Shown: positions 8,296-18,524, counted from the first letter of the stretch. The stretch is 64,000 nucleotides of DNA from an uncultured Candidatus Saccharibacteria bacterium (GCA_964531375.1 CAZHDO010000004.1:147-64146), one strand, 5' to 3'. The notes: generated by a model from the letters alone, not told the origin. Program-made: numbers and translations.

Positions 8296-9764
8296 AAATA
8301 TTTCTGAATATCCTTTAAAATTTTTCCACCCTCGAAGTCTAGTTCTTCTATCTCTTTCAAAATATCCTTCGGTTCTCTCAACACAGCTCCCCCTCCTTTC
8401 TTTGGATTCTTCACAGAAAGGTCAAAAGTTTCCTGGTTAATACCTTTCATATCCACACTCCAGGAGTTTTCTGAATCAGCTTTGGTCTTTTGCAGCTCAA
8501 CGAATTCCGCAAGATCCTTTTCATTAAGAGGATTGGTCTTTCCTAGGTTTCTATCAAGATTAAGCTGGTAATACCAGATCTTTTTCGTAGGAGATCCTTT
8601 TTCAAAAAACAAGACGACGGTCTTTACACCAGCGCCTTGAAATGTACCCCCGGGGAGATCAAGTATTGTGTGTAAGTTACAGGATTCAAGGAGAAGTTTC
8701 CTTAAAGAGACTGAGGCATTATCGGTGTTTGAAAGAAAGGTATTCTTAATAACAATACCAGCTCGTCCCCCTGCTTTGAGAATCTTTATAAAATGCTGTA
8801 AAAAGAGGAATGCAGTTTCTCCTGTCTTAATGGGGAAGTTTTGCTGAACTTCCGCTCTCTCCTTACCACCAAAAGGTGGGTTGGCCAGCGCGACAGAATA
8901 GCGGTCTTTCTCTTGAATGTCGGAGAGGTTTTCTGAGAGGGTATTTGTATGAATAATATGGGGAGCCTCTATGCCGTGGAGGATCATATTCATTATTCCA
9001 ATGATGTAGGCCAAGGACTTCTTCTCCTTTCCGTAGAAGGTACTCTTCTGAAGAGTCTCCATGTCTTTGGTAGAGAGGTTCTTATTCTCTTTCAAATAAT
9101 CAAATGCTTCTACCAAGAAGCCGGCAGAGCCCACGGCGCCATCATAGATCTTATCTCCAATCTTAGGGGCTACAACTTTGATTATGGTTTTTATAAGAGG
9201 GCGTGGCGTGTAATACTCCCCACCGTTTCTGCCAGCATTACCCATGTTCTTGATCTTCACCTCATAGAGATGAGAGAGTTCGTGTTTTTCGGCATGAGAG
9301 CGGAAGCGCATACCGTCTATGATATTTATTATCTCTCTTAGGGCGTATCCGCTTTGAATCCTGTTCTTTATCTCACTGAAAATTTCCCCGATCTTATATT
9401 CAATAGTGTCCGGACTCACTGCGTCGGTCTTAAACTTTTTTAGATATTGAAATAGACCGTTGTCTTTTGGGTCTAAGCGATTAACAAATTCCAATAGGTC
9501 GTCTCCTGTTAAGGCCTTGTTGTGGTCTAGTTTACCATCCTTGCCCTTTGGAGAGGCCCAAGTGTCCCAGTGATACTTAGGAGAGATAATATGCGTATAT
9601 TCCTTACCAGAAAGCTTAGCGGCTAAAGCCCTGTCCTTTTCGAGGTCATCCAAATATCTCAAGAATAAAACCCAGGAAGTTTGCTCAACATAATCAAGCT
9701 CACTGGAGGCACCAGCATCCTTATGGAGAATGTCGTCTATATTTTTGAATGATTGTTCGAACAT
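8292..9764 (-). CDS. hsdM: Type I RM N6-adenine methyltransferase subunit
   Basis: GEYYTPR, YDGAVGSAGFL (motif I), NPPF (motif IV). Confidence 0.95.
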   Translation of the reverse strand: MFEQSFKNIDDILHKDAGASSELDYVEQTSWVLFLRYLDDLEKDRALAAKLSGKEYTHIISPKYHWDTWASPKGKDGKLDHNKALTGDDLLEFVNRLDPKDNGLFQYLKKFKTDAVSPDTIEYKIGEIFSEIKNRIQSGYALREIINIIDGMRFRSHAEKHELSHLYEVKIKNMGNAGRNGGEYYTPRPLIKTIIKVVAPKIGDKIYDGAVGSAGFLVEAFDYLKENKNLSTKDMETLQKSTFYGKEKKSLAYIIGIMNMILHGIEAPHIIHTNTLSENLSDIQEKDRYSVALANPPFGGKERAEVQQNFPIKTGETAFLFLQHFIKILKAGGRAGIVIKNTFLSNTDNASVSLRKLLLESCNLHTILDLPGGTFQGAGVKTVVLFFEKGSPTKKIWYYQLNLDRNLGKTNPLNEKDLAEFVELQKTKADSENSWSVDMKGINQETFDLSVKNPKKGGGAVLREPKDILKEIEELDFEGGKILKDIQKYL

Positions 9765-9824
9765 GTGGATTTGTTAAAAATTAATTGTTTTTCAACATAC
9801 AATAAATGGGTGAAAGATAAAATA

Positions 9825-11924
9825 TTACTCACCTCCCCCTTGATTCTTTTCAAGCGCTTGTCTAACAAGACTTATGACATCTTCTATTTGTTCAGAAGAA
9901 GAAAGTTTAACCTGAACATCACCATTGCCCCATGTTCCAACACCTGTAACATCTCGACAAATACCCTTAGGATCATTAATCTCTGCGAAAGTTATGTTGA
10001 GCGATAAGGCGAGACACTGTCTCTGAGGAACAATATCTACAAAATTTGTCGTGGTCTTATAAGCAATGTAGCGACGCTTCACCTCCTCTCTAACAGAAGA
10101 GTCTAAATTTAAAATTTCTTTACGGATCTCATAAAACAAATCTAAAAGTGGACCTTGCAGATATTCACTATGTACTTCTAAATTATAAACACGTTCTCGC
10201 TTGTTTTCTTTCTTCTCCTTCTTGTATTTTTGTAGAACCTCAGTAGCCACATCAGGGAATGACCAAACATTTATTGCTACCTTTGTAATATTTTGAGCTC
10301 GCTTCTTGATCTCCTGTTCGTCCCAGTGATCCAATTCTGCGAGACTACGATTTAACATTATTGGGCTATTAGCAAAACCCCCCTTCATGTCTCTTTTCTC
10401 TAAGAATTTCTTATCACTCAATTCTGAATTGTATCCGGTAAGTGTGAGATTTCCGATCGTATGCAAATACTGATCCTGAATTAGCTTCCAATTATCACCC
10501 AATTCTTTTTGCCATGCTTCTGACAGATTCTCGTTCTGGGGTAAAATATGTTCTATTGTGTAACTCTCGACTGAAACTATTTCCTTTCTATCGTGATTTT
10601 CTAGTTTTCTTAATAGATAGTTCCTGTTTCGAAGATTGTAAATATCCTTAATAACAAACTCGCGACGGAACTCTTCGTTGTCTGGAAAACGCTGATATGA
10701 ATCCTTATTCAAAAGAGCGACCTTAACACTGTCTACATAATTCTGCTTATCTATTTCTCTCGAGAGTATGGCAAAGGTCTTATTGAGAGAGTTAGTGGGA
10801 ATACCACATATTGATCGGCGGAATACATAACTCTCGACCATCTTCAATATTTCTACAAAACCCTCTCGACTTAGCACATTAGAATAAAAATCATGATAGA
10901 CGGAAAGCAAAAAAGGATAAGAAACATCAACTTTTAGAGAATCGATATCGCCCAAAATATTATTTATTTCTTTATCCTCCTCTTTTAAGAAAGATAGCTT
11001 AATAAAATATTTCGAATACATAAAAATATCGGCAACAACCTCCTGAATTGTTTTCCTTCCGGTGTCTTTCTGTACATAATTCTTGAAGCTACCATAAACT
11101 TCTTTTATATTGGGAATAAGACCAGTCTTTAAAGTAAGATAATCGCGCATGAAATTATCAAACAGATCAGTGTATTCAGTATTCCCAAATCCCTGCTCCA
11201 TTGGATACCAATATTGACGGTAAAGATTATCTTGCTCCTCTTTCGGGAGAGACATCAAAACGAAGTTTCTTATAAGATCGGCTTGAGATAAGTCTAGACC
11301 AGTAGAATTAAGACTCTCAAAGATTAATTGTGGATTATCATGTTGGTGATCGAGCGAAATATCAACGATAAGAAGTTTCTGCAATCCTTGATAAATGGCT
11401 GTGGCAGAGATATTGGCTGTTTTAATCTTGTTCTCAAACCAGTTATAATTCTCGGCAATTCGGATGGAGCTTTTATCAAGTAGCCCTTTTCTTTCAATTA
11501 GACGGGTAAATGATTCTTTGTCTGTCTGAGTCAATAAAAGTTTATACCTATCTTCACCCTCTTCTTGTCCATTAAATAAATAATAATTTTCAATCTTAGT
11601 GGCTATGCTCTGGTGTTCCGGTATTTCCGACTCTCTTAATGTTTTAGAAAGAGCCGTAAGGAGTAATGAAATTGTAGTTAGGCGCTGTTGTCCGTCTATA
11701 ACCAAGAGCTGTGGCACACTCGCTACTTGATATAATCCCTTTTCAATATATACAATAGATCCAACAAAATGACCGCTCACGGTTGGTTCTTGAACTCTTA
11801 AGATATCTTTCCATAACTGTTCACACTGTTTAATGGTCCAGCTATATGGTCGCTGGTATATAGGTATAACGAACTGTGTCGGTTTTTGAAGAAATTTAAG
11901 TAAGTTTGTTTCTACTGCTTTCAT
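9825..11924 (-). CDS. GmrSD-family type IV restriction nuclease (DUF262 + DUF1524) with C-terminal DUF5655-like domain
   Basis: IPIYQRPYSW, IDGQQRLTT, FESLN; EHILPQ...GNLTL...N HNH-like motif; GTWGNGDVQV tail. Confidence 0.9.
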   Translation of the reverse strand: MKAVETNLLKFLQKPTQFVIPIYQRPYSWTIKQCEQLWKDILRVQEPTVSGHFVGSIVYIEKGLYQVASVPQLLVIDGQQRLTTISLLLTALSKTLRESEIPEHQSIATKIENYYLFNGQEEGEDRYKLLLTQTDKESFTRLIERKGLLDKSSIRIAENYNWFENKIKTANISATAIYQGLQKLLIVDISLDHQHDNPQLIFESLNSTGLDLSQADLIRNFVLMSLPKEEQDNLYRQYWYPMEQGFGNTEYTDLFDNFMRDYLTLKTGLIPNIKEVYGSFKNYVQKDTGRKTIQEVVADIFMYSKYFIKLSFLKEEDKEINNILGDIDSLKVDVSYPFLLSVYHDFYSNVLSREGFVEILKMVESYVFRRSICGIPTNSLNKTFAILSREIDKQNYVDSVKVALLNKDSYQRFPDNEEFRREFVIKDIYNLRNRNYLLRKLENHDRKEIVSVESYTIEHILPQNENLSEAWQKELGDNWKLIQDQYLHTIGNLTLTGYNSELSDKKFLEKRDMKGGFANSPIMLNRSLAELDHWDEQEIKKRAQNITKVAINVWSFPDVATEVLQKYKKEKKENKRERVYNLEVHSEYLQGPLLDLFYEIRKEILNLDSSVREEVKRRYIAYKTTTNFVDIVPQRQCLALSLNITFAEINDPKGICRDVTGVGTWGNGDVQVKLSSSEQIEDVISLVRQALEKNQGGGE

Positions 11925-12178
11925 AAAATTTTATTAATTAATGAATTTAAGTATACAACAAATACACTAAAAAAGCGCCTTGAGGAAAAGTGGCTTTTGT
12001 TTTAATAACCCCCCGACACACCCTTCTTAATTTACCCCCTGAGGAGGTCGAGAAACAGACACTTTTTGTGTTTTAAGGTCTTTTAAATAGATAAGATGAG
12101 TAACTTATCATGCCGGGTGAAAGTAGTAAGGACAGGCTCAATTATCTCCATTTTTTATATCTTATAAATGAGCAGAGT

Positions 12179-13036
12179 CTAAAATCCATACATACAAGTA
12201 ATAATTTCCTCTTTCTTAAGGCCCAGGGTCTCGGCTAAATACTGCTCGACTTCGTACATTCCACCAATGGCATCTATAAGGCCCAGCCCCAAAGCCTTCT
12301 TGGCAAAAAACGAAGAACCATCAGAAATCTTTGCGACATCTTCATATTTAAGTTTTCTATTATTTGCTATATCACCAACAAGCTCTTTGTGAAGTTCTTT
12401 TAAATTACCAAGAACCATATCCCTTTCCTCTTGCGTCACAAAACGTTCCCCACTAAAAGTATCCTTGTATTTTGCAGAACTAAGTTGATTATAGTTGAGT
12501 CCTTCTCTTATATTCTTTGCCGCATTATCAACAAAAGACTGAGATATTCCTATTCCCCCAACATCTGAATACTTAGAAGCAAAAATTCTTTGTGCTCCTG
12601 TAGCGGCCCAATAAGCGGCAGAAGCCCCCTGTCCTATTATTAGTGCGACAGTAGGCTTACTTATTCTCTTTAAAACACTCGAAATCTCTTCACCGGCGAC
12701 AGTCCTCCCTCCTCCGGAATCCACCTGAAGAACAACAGCTTGGATAGCTGGATCAGCTCCTGCATCTTCGATAGAATAGTAAACATTATCAGCCACTGTT
12801 TCGTCTGTCCATTCTTCGCTTGTCCCATTTTTATAAGTTGACAAATTTCCCTGCAATTTTATTACAGCCACATTGCAATCGGGTACGGATTCTTCAGAAA
12901 CGGCAAATTCTGGAAAACCTTTAATTAATACGAGAATAGAAGCAGAGGAAAATAAGACCAGAAACAAAACAGTAGTGACAACAAAAATGGTGGTCTTTAA
13001 ATTTAATCCCAAGAAAAAGTTCTTTATACGTTGCAT
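12179..13036 (-). CDS. sppA: S49-family signal peptide peptidase (SppA-like)
   Basis: N-terminal TM, VDSGGG, ASAAYWAA, GGIG, KYKD, GLIDAIG. Confidence 0.85.
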   Translation of the reverse strand: MQRIKNFFLGLNLKTTIFVVTTVLFLVLFSSASILVLIKGFPEFAVSEESVPDCNVAVIKLQGNLSTYKNGTSEEWTDETVADNVYYSIEDAGADPAIQAVVLQVDSGGGRTVAGEEISSVLKRISKPTVALIIGQGASAAYWAATGAQRIFASKYSDVGGIGISQSFVDNAAKNIREGLNYNQLSSAKYKDTFSGERFVTQEERDMVLGNLKELHKELVGDIANNRKLKYEDVAKISDGSSFFAKKALGLGLIDAIGGMYEVEQYLAETLGLKKEEIITCMYGF

Positions 13037-13686
13037 TTTTGTTTATTTTTTATTTTATTCTCGATTAAGGCTATTTGTTCTTCTGTGTCTGAAACCAATT
13101 CGGTGTCTCCCCTGGTTCCTGTTAATACTTGGTTATAGCTTTCTAGTGCCTCCTGAAAGCTACCAAGTTCCTCTAGAACTATCCCTCTTTTGTAGTATAT
13201 GGTTTCTTTTGCTCCTATTTTCTGTGTAATCTCTAATGCTGTATTAAAAGATTCCAATGCTTCGTTCCTTCTACCGAGACTGTCTAGAGAACTTCCTTTT
13301 GCATAATAGATTGAATACAATACTTCCTTATCAATATCGTTTTTCAGAGCATCTTTTATTGCTCGATCAAACATGAATACAGCTTCGTTATATTTTCCAA
13401 GTCCATTTAATGCGCAACCGTTACCATAGCACGAAGCCCCTACATATGAAACTTCTGTATCTTTTTGTTTAATTTTCAGTGCTTTGTTAAACACATGAGT
13501 AGCTTCTTTGTATTTATCTATTTTGTTTAAAGTAAAACCTTTGAGACAGAGAACTTCCATACTAGTTGAGTCAACTCTTAAGATGTCATCTAATACACAA
13601 AGAGCCTCTTCACTTTTATCGGAATAGAATAGGTTGTAGGCTTTTTCGAGATACTCTCCTAAGTTTTGACTGTTTATTATATTCAT
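13024..13686 (-). CDS. Tetratricopeptide-repeat protein
   Basis: Repeated KG..L..LG.Y.EA...F..A TPR pattern. Confidence 0.85.
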   Translation of the reverse strand: MNIINSQNLGEYLEKAYNLFYSDKSEEALCVLDDILRVDSTSMEVLCLKGFTLNKIDKYKEATHVFNKALKIKQKDTEVSYVGASCYGNGCALNGLGKYNEAVFMFDRAIKDALKNDIDKEVLYSIYYAKGSSLDSLGRRNEALESFNTALEITQKIGAKETIYYKRGIVLEELGSFQEALESYNQVLTGTRGDTELVSDTEEQIALIENKIKNKQKCNV

Positions 13687-13913
13687 AATTTATATAAATT
13701 TAAACTCCTTCCATCTTAGTCTTTTTGTAATAATTTAAAACGTAGACAAAATCACAAAAAACTGTTTTTCGGTGTGTAAAAACCTACACTCAAATAACCC
13801 TAGCGCAAGTGGCAGGTTTTTATCTAGACATACAAGGAATATATAAATACACCAACAGAAAATAATACTCCTATAATTCCCCCACCAGAGCCTTCCTTGT
13901 TGTTTATTTATAT

Positions 13914-14690
13914 TTATCTTGTAAATAACTTATTAATCTTCTCTAATTTTGCAATCAAATCGCCAAGGGTTGCCTGAATTATTTCTTCTGTGAATATGAC
14001 ATTACCCCTTGGAGTTGCTATTGGTTCTCCATTTGCAATTTTATTCATTAATACTTCATTTGCCCTTATCCTTACATCAGCTTTATCCTCCGGAAGCAAT
14101 CTCAAAATAGTTTTATTTTCACAATCTAATCTTTCTGGACTTTTATACACCTGACCCATACGCAATGAATACAGGGCATCTTGATAAAACAATCTATTAC
14201 ATTCCTGTGTAAATACTCCGACATCTCTGGTCAACACAAGATCTTCTTCGCACAATCTTCCATGTCGATCCATAATAGACCAAAACTCATTATAGACGGC
14301 ATCAGACGTTGGAATACTGGCATCGCCCTGCAGAACAGATACCATTATTTCTTTCATACGAGTTTCTTCTGCAATGGTGAATTTCACCTCGCCTGAATGA
14401 ATACAAGAACCGCCAGAAACAGATGAAACTGAAGATTTGGTAGTCTCTATTTTTGTTTCAACAACAGGGATACTATTAAAATCTTCAACCGCCTGTACAG
14501 GAAGGTCTGAATATCTTAAATCAATATTATTATTGTTTGTCGATGAATCATCTTGGGCCGATGGCTGAACTAAAGTACTCGAATTATTTGAATTAGTATC
14601 TTGATTAAAAATCATAAATACTCCCAACACAGAAAGAATAATTATAAATAAAACAATACCAGACGTATCTTGTGTTTTTTTGTTTTTCAT
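13914..14690 (-). CDS. Membrane-anchored hypothetical protein
   Basis: N-terminal hydrophobic helix, Ser/Asn-rich linker, Cys-containing domain. Confidence 0.75.
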   Translation of the reverse strand: MKNKKTQDTSGIVLFIIILSVLGVFMIFNQDTNSNNSSTLVQPSAQDDSSTNNNNIDLRYSDLPVQAVEDFNSIPVVETKIETTKSSVSSVSGGSCIHSGEVKFTIAEETRMKEIMVSVLQGDASIPTSDAVYNEFWSIMDRHGRLCEEDLVLTRDVGVFTQECNRLFYQDALYSLRMGQVYKSPERLDCENKTILRLLPEDKADVRIRANEVLMNKIANGEPIATPRGNVIFTEEIIQATLGDLIAKLEKINKLFTR

Positions 14691-14710
14691 AATGTTTTAT
14701 CTTAATCAGA

Positions 14711-15865
14711 CTACTTATTAGGAAAACAATTTTTGCAAGCGCCCTGTGCCTGACCCACTGGGACAAAAGAACAACTTGAGACCGATTGAAATTGAGTACA
14801 ATCTATATAAGGAGTTGCCGTAATAGGCGTTTGTTTCATTGCCGCAACTTTAGCGATGAGGTCAGCCAGAATTGCCTGAAGCTTAATCAAAAGTTCCTTC
14901 ATTTGTTGTGCTGTCATGGTGTTAAGATTAGGAATTTCAACTGGTGTAATAATTATTGGGTCCTGAGAAATACACTTTTTAATTATAATAGGGTTATCAT
15001 TGACACAACCAGGTGGCTGAGAAGATATTATTATCCTTGTTTGTTGATTATTTATACACGAACTCCAATTAGAATAGGTCCATGAAGTACACGCTGGGGG
15101 GACATAAGTGCAAGATTGAGTTGTAACAGGATTACCCTCAACACAACCAGATGGCTGTGAAGATATAATTGTTCTTGTCTGAATTCCATTTGCGCATTGG
15201 CCCCAGTTTGAGTATGTCCAAGAGCTACAACAAGAAACCATTTCATCTTTTAAAATTTCACGATAGTGAGCAATTGTTTCTCTGAGATTCTCTATCTCGG
15301 AGTTTAAGGTAGTTCGATTATATTCTTGATATAAATTATTTTTATAATTAGTAACTTCATCTATTTTTTTGATATAAGATTCCAATAAGGCATCATTGCC
15401 AAACTCATTTCTACAATTAAACAAAAAAGATCCACCAACGGTTAAATAACTAGAAAGACCTCCCTCTTTTTTAAAATTAAAATCTCCCCTAATTGATTTT
15501 AGACAATTAATGTATTTAATTAATTTAGATTGAATATCCATATTACTTTCTAAAAGAAACTCATTGTTTTTGGCTTTAATCAAGTTGTCAATTTCTGCTA
15601 CTAAATAACCATATCTCTCAATTAATTTATTATTAAAATTCTTAAAATTTGTTTCGACTAGCGCTATTTTACTTGCTAATTCTGCTTCCTTTTCTTTTAA
15701 TATCGTTGGGTATTTACAGTAGGTGGTTGGAACATAAATACTTACAAAACCCTGAGGACCAAAGAATGCAACTGCCAATGCGGTTTGGTAAAATCCAAAA
15801 TATCCAAGCATTACAAAAAACATACCTGCCAGGAAAAACATATTCTTTTTGATTTTATTTTTCAT
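14711..15865 (-). CDS. Secreted protein with coiled coil and two thrombospondin-type-1-like Cys/Trp repeats
   Basis: Signal peptide; CSSWTYSNWGQCANGIQTRT and CTSWTYSNWSSCINNQQTRI repeats. Confidence 0.75.
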   Translation of the reverse strand: MKNKIKKNMFFLAGMFFVMLGYFGFYQTALAVAFFGPQGFVSIYVPTTYCKYPTILKEKEAELASKIALVETNFKNFNNKLIERYGYLVAEIDNLIKAKNNEFLLESNMDIQSKLIKYINCLKSIRGDFNFKKEGGLSSYLTVGGSFLFNCRNEFGNDALLESYIKKIDEVTNYKNNLYQEYNRTTLNSEIENLRETIAHYREILKDEMVSCCSSWTYSNWGQCANGIQTRTIISSQPSGCVEGNPVTTQSCTYVPPACTSWTYSNWSSCINNQQTRIIISSQPPGCVNDNPIIIKKCISQDPIIITPVEIPNLNTMTAQQMKELLIKLQAILADLIAKVAAMKQTPITATPYIDCTQFQSVSSCSFVPVGQAQGACKNCFPNK

Positions 15866-15873
15866 ATTTTAAA

Positions 15874-17094
15874 TTATATTCCAAACCAAGATCTAAGGCG
15901 AAACCACCAGATATTCTTATTTACAACCGACTTTGATGGCCTATTGGTAGACGTGGCAAATTCATCAGTAGAGGTCACCCCTACTGATATTAAAGGGTTG
16001 AGCTTAAGAGTATCTTTAATTATTTCTTTTGGTGATACTTTAAGTTGGGTCTCAATTTTTTGGATTGGCATTTCTGGAGTTTCAGTCTTTTTTTCAACCT
16101 TAGGAGTCTCTGTGGAGGCTTTGTTGTTAATTTCATTTTGTTTATCAATCCTATTCTGTAGGTCTTGAATTTGATTCATAAGAACAGAGATTTGAGCTGC
16201 GACATCATTTTTCTTTTGTGTTGGTTGTATGGGCTGTACTTGTAAAGGTTGTATTTGTGGAGATTCTATCTGCGGGGGTGTTATCTGCATTGAACTTGTC
16301 AGAGGGTTAGTGGTTTTAGTTTTTAGCCCCCCTGATCTTTGCGCAGAAAGACTCTTTAGCTGAGGAATTGGGCTCTTGATTGTCCTTATAAACGAGGACA
16401 TCATTGATGGTGGGTCAAAAGAATTAAACCAATACTCTAGATTTTCTTTCGGGGATACAATTTCTGGGCGACCAAAAGGTTTGCCATAATACACAATATC
16501 ACCTTCGCTTAATTTTAATGATTTAATCTTTTGATTGTAATTAATTTTTTGAATTCTAACAGAATCAGAGTCACTTTGGTTTGTAAGAGGAAATAAAAAA
16601 TCATCGCTATTATAAATTGTCCATGCCCAACTATCTACATATTTTCCAATCAAATTTTCACACCAACCAAAATCCTCATACAGGGTGTTCTTCACAGAAA
16701 CCAAGGAGGTTCTATCTCCGCTTAATACCTGTTTGGTGCCCCACCCTGAAACATTCTTTGCAGAAAAACAAAGGGTTTTTAAATTTTCTACTGTAGGATT
16801 TTGAAGAAAAGCATCAATAATATTCAGCGAGCCAATCTCAATTTTAACCATATCAACAAACTCACTCTGTGGAATGTTTTCGTCAATGATTAAGGTTGCT
16901 GGTTTGAGTAGTGAGGCATTTCGTGAATTAGAGTCAAAAATAATTTCTTTTTCATCAGCTTTAGAGGTAGAAAAAAGGTCATTAACAGTATCTACCGCGT
17001 TAGACCACAACCCTGCGTGTACGGAAGAGGGGCATTGTAAAAATAAAAGGGTCGTAATGATAAGAAATGATAATTTATTTAGTTTGTTTTTCAT
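15874..17094 (-). CDS. Secreted hypothetical protein with Q/P-rich linker (start likely ATG 17094)
   Basis: MKNKLNK signal peptide ending VHA; C-terminal WWFRLRSWFGI tail. Confidence 0.75.
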   Translation of the reverse strand: MKNKLNKLSFLIITTLLFLQCPSSVHAGLWSNAVDTVNDLFSTSKADEKEIIFDSNSRNASLLKPATLIIDENIPQSEFVDMVKIEIGSLNIIDAFLQNPTVENLKTLCFSAKNVSGWGTKQVLSGDRTSLVSVKNTLYEDFGWCENLIGKYVDSWAWTIYNSDDFLFPLTNQSDSDSVRIQKINYNQKIKSLKLSEGDIVYYGKPFGRPEIVSPKENLEYWFNSFDPPSMMSSFIRTIKSPIPQLKSLSAQRSGGLKTKTTNPLTSSMQITPPQIESPQIQPLQVQPIQPTQKKNDVAAQISVLMNQIQDLQNRIDKQNEINNKASTETPKVEKKTETPEMPIQKIETQLKVSPKEIIKDTLKLNPLISVGVTSTDEFATSTNRPSKSVVNKNIWWFRLRSWFGI

Positions 17095-17277
17095 ATTTTT
17101 TATTCTTCCAAACAAAAAGCCCACCACATGAGTTAGTGACAAAGTCACTCATACAAGTTTCCCTGTACGGCAGAACATGCAACCCCATATGATGGGTTCT
17201 TTATGCATGTTCTGACTCTTTTCACCATGCCTGACACTGTGCCAAGTTTAGGCTACTTATTATTAAATTGTCTGCCT
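17095..17277 (-). promoter_or_regulatory. Structured 5' leader RNA with alternative pairings
   Basis: 11-bp stem (17171-81/17204-14), GAAA tetraloop hairpin, competing helix ending in a U-run. Confidence 0.5.
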
Positions 17278-17310
17278 CTCTAAAATACCACAAAAACAAG
17301 AAAATATCCA

Positions 17311-17355
17311 AAAAAATAAACAGTAACCCTGATATTGGATTACTGTTTATTTTTT
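17311..17355. terminator. Intrinsic terminator ending the ArdC-like operon
   Basis: AAAAAATAAACAGTAA...TTACTGTTTATTTTTT. Confidence 0.75.
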
Positions 17356-17369
17356 CAATTTATTATATT

Positions 17370-17609
17370 TTATTCCTCAAGAGAGCGAATGTACGCTTCT
17401 GCTTCACTGCGAGTTAGGTCCTCAATATGATTCAAACATTGCTGGGTTGTAGAAATGTCGTCAAAATGCGAAAAAATCAAATCATGCAACCTCCTTCTCT
17501 GGCCTGGTGTAATAGTTTCCTCTTCATCAAATGGACGTTCAGAAAAATCACCGAAGTTAGCAGAATATTCCCTCGGATGATTATAGTCAGTTATAAAATT
17601 GTTTAACAT
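17370..17609 (-). CDS. Small hypothetical protein sharing a C-terminal motif with the upstream gene
   Basis: ITPGQRRRL...DLTRSEAEAYI. Confidence 0.7.
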   Translation of the reverse strand: MLNNFITDYNHPREYSANFGDFSERPFDEEETITPGQRRRLHDLIFSHFDDISTTQQCLNHIEDLTRSEAEAYIRSLEE

Positions 17610-17659
17610 TGTTATAAATTTAAGTTATTAAAAAGACCAGCGAGTTGCTGGCCATGTAT

Positions 17660-18331
17660 CTATCTCAAACCAATAAAACTGGAGATTTGTTCTGAGGCTT
17701 GCTCACGGGTCATCTCTTCTAATTCAGCGAGCCAATTTTTTTTCTCATCATCCCCATGGACTCTTCGTTTTACCAATGATGTTAATAATTCCTTTTGACG
17801 TGCAGTGATCATCTTAGATTCTTTTGAAGGTTTTTCTTCTGTAACAGTGGGGAGAATTGGGAGATCTTCTAAGTCTTGGGTAAAAATTTCAGAAAGATTT
17901 GTGGATCTAATAACCCCATCTATAAATGCTGATTTTAACGACATCTTAATGGTCTTATTTGGATCATTGTCGTTCTTTGCAAGTGTACTAGCTCCTCGTC
18001 CCTGGCCCATGACACTATTACCGCGGTATAGATTGCATACATAGGCAATGAGACCAGGGACACTCTTAAATGCTTCCATTGTCTCATTATCGCGAGAGAA
18101 AGTAGCTGTCAGTGAATAAATACTGGCAAGTTTTTCTGCGCCACCCTTGGCCAGCGACTTTTTGCCTTTGATTACATAATAATCATGGTTCTCTTTGAGT
18201 GTTGGCAAAACTTGGGAAATAAAATAGCTTTTGCGGAGTAGCATGTCGTCTACCCCCTGCCTGAAGCTTTGCATGGCGGTGGTATCTCCCAAGCGGATAG
18301 CACCCTTCTCGATTGTTTGTACGTTGTTCAT
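17660..18331 (-). CDS. Phage-type putative single-strand annealing/recombination protein (start likely ATG 18331)
   Basis: KKSLAKGGAEKL...NKTIKMSLKSAFIDGV...SEIFTQDLED pattern recalled from phage recombination-region proteins; function inferred. Confidence 0.5.
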   Translation of the reverse strand: MNNVQTIEKGAIRLGDTTAMQSFRQGVDDMLLRKSYFISQVLPTLKENHDYYVIKGKKSLAKGGAEKLASIYSLTATFSRDNETMEAFKSVPGLIAYVCNLYRGNSVMGQGRGASTLAKNDNDPNKTIKMSLKSAFIDGVIRSTNLSEIFTQDLEDLPILPTVTEEKPSKESKMITARQKELLTSLVKRRVHGDDEKKNWLAELEEMTREQASEQISSFIGLR

Positions 18332-18341
18332 TGTTTTTAAA

Positions 18342-18518
18342 TTATCTTCTAGTAATAACAACAGAACCCTCTAGGTAATCCACATCGATTTTTTGGCCAA
18401 CACGGAAACCAAATCTATAGAGAATACTATTAGCAATGCGGATCATAGGTTTTAATTCTTTGTTTGAAACAAGACCATATTTACCAGTCGCATAATTAAC
18501 GATCATTTTTCTTTTCAT
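18342..18518 (-). CDS. SymE/AbrB-fold small protein, 58 aa, missing from the ORF track
   Basis: MKRKMIVNYATGKYGLVSNKELKPMIRIANSILYRFGFRVGQKIDVDYLEGSVVITRR; P-x-IRI...GF-x-x-G-x-x-I-x-V...G-x-VVI resembles SymE-family toxins. Confidence 0.65.
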   Translation of the reverse strand: MKRKMIVNYATGKYGLVSNKELKPMIRIANSILYRFGFRVGQKIDVDYLEGSVVITRR

Positions 18519-18524
18519 GTTTGA

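Noticed and set aside
12039-12051. CCTGAGGAGGTCG also occurs near 23558-23570
   Set aside because: A single 13-bp match is expected by chance in 64 kb and the flanks do not align
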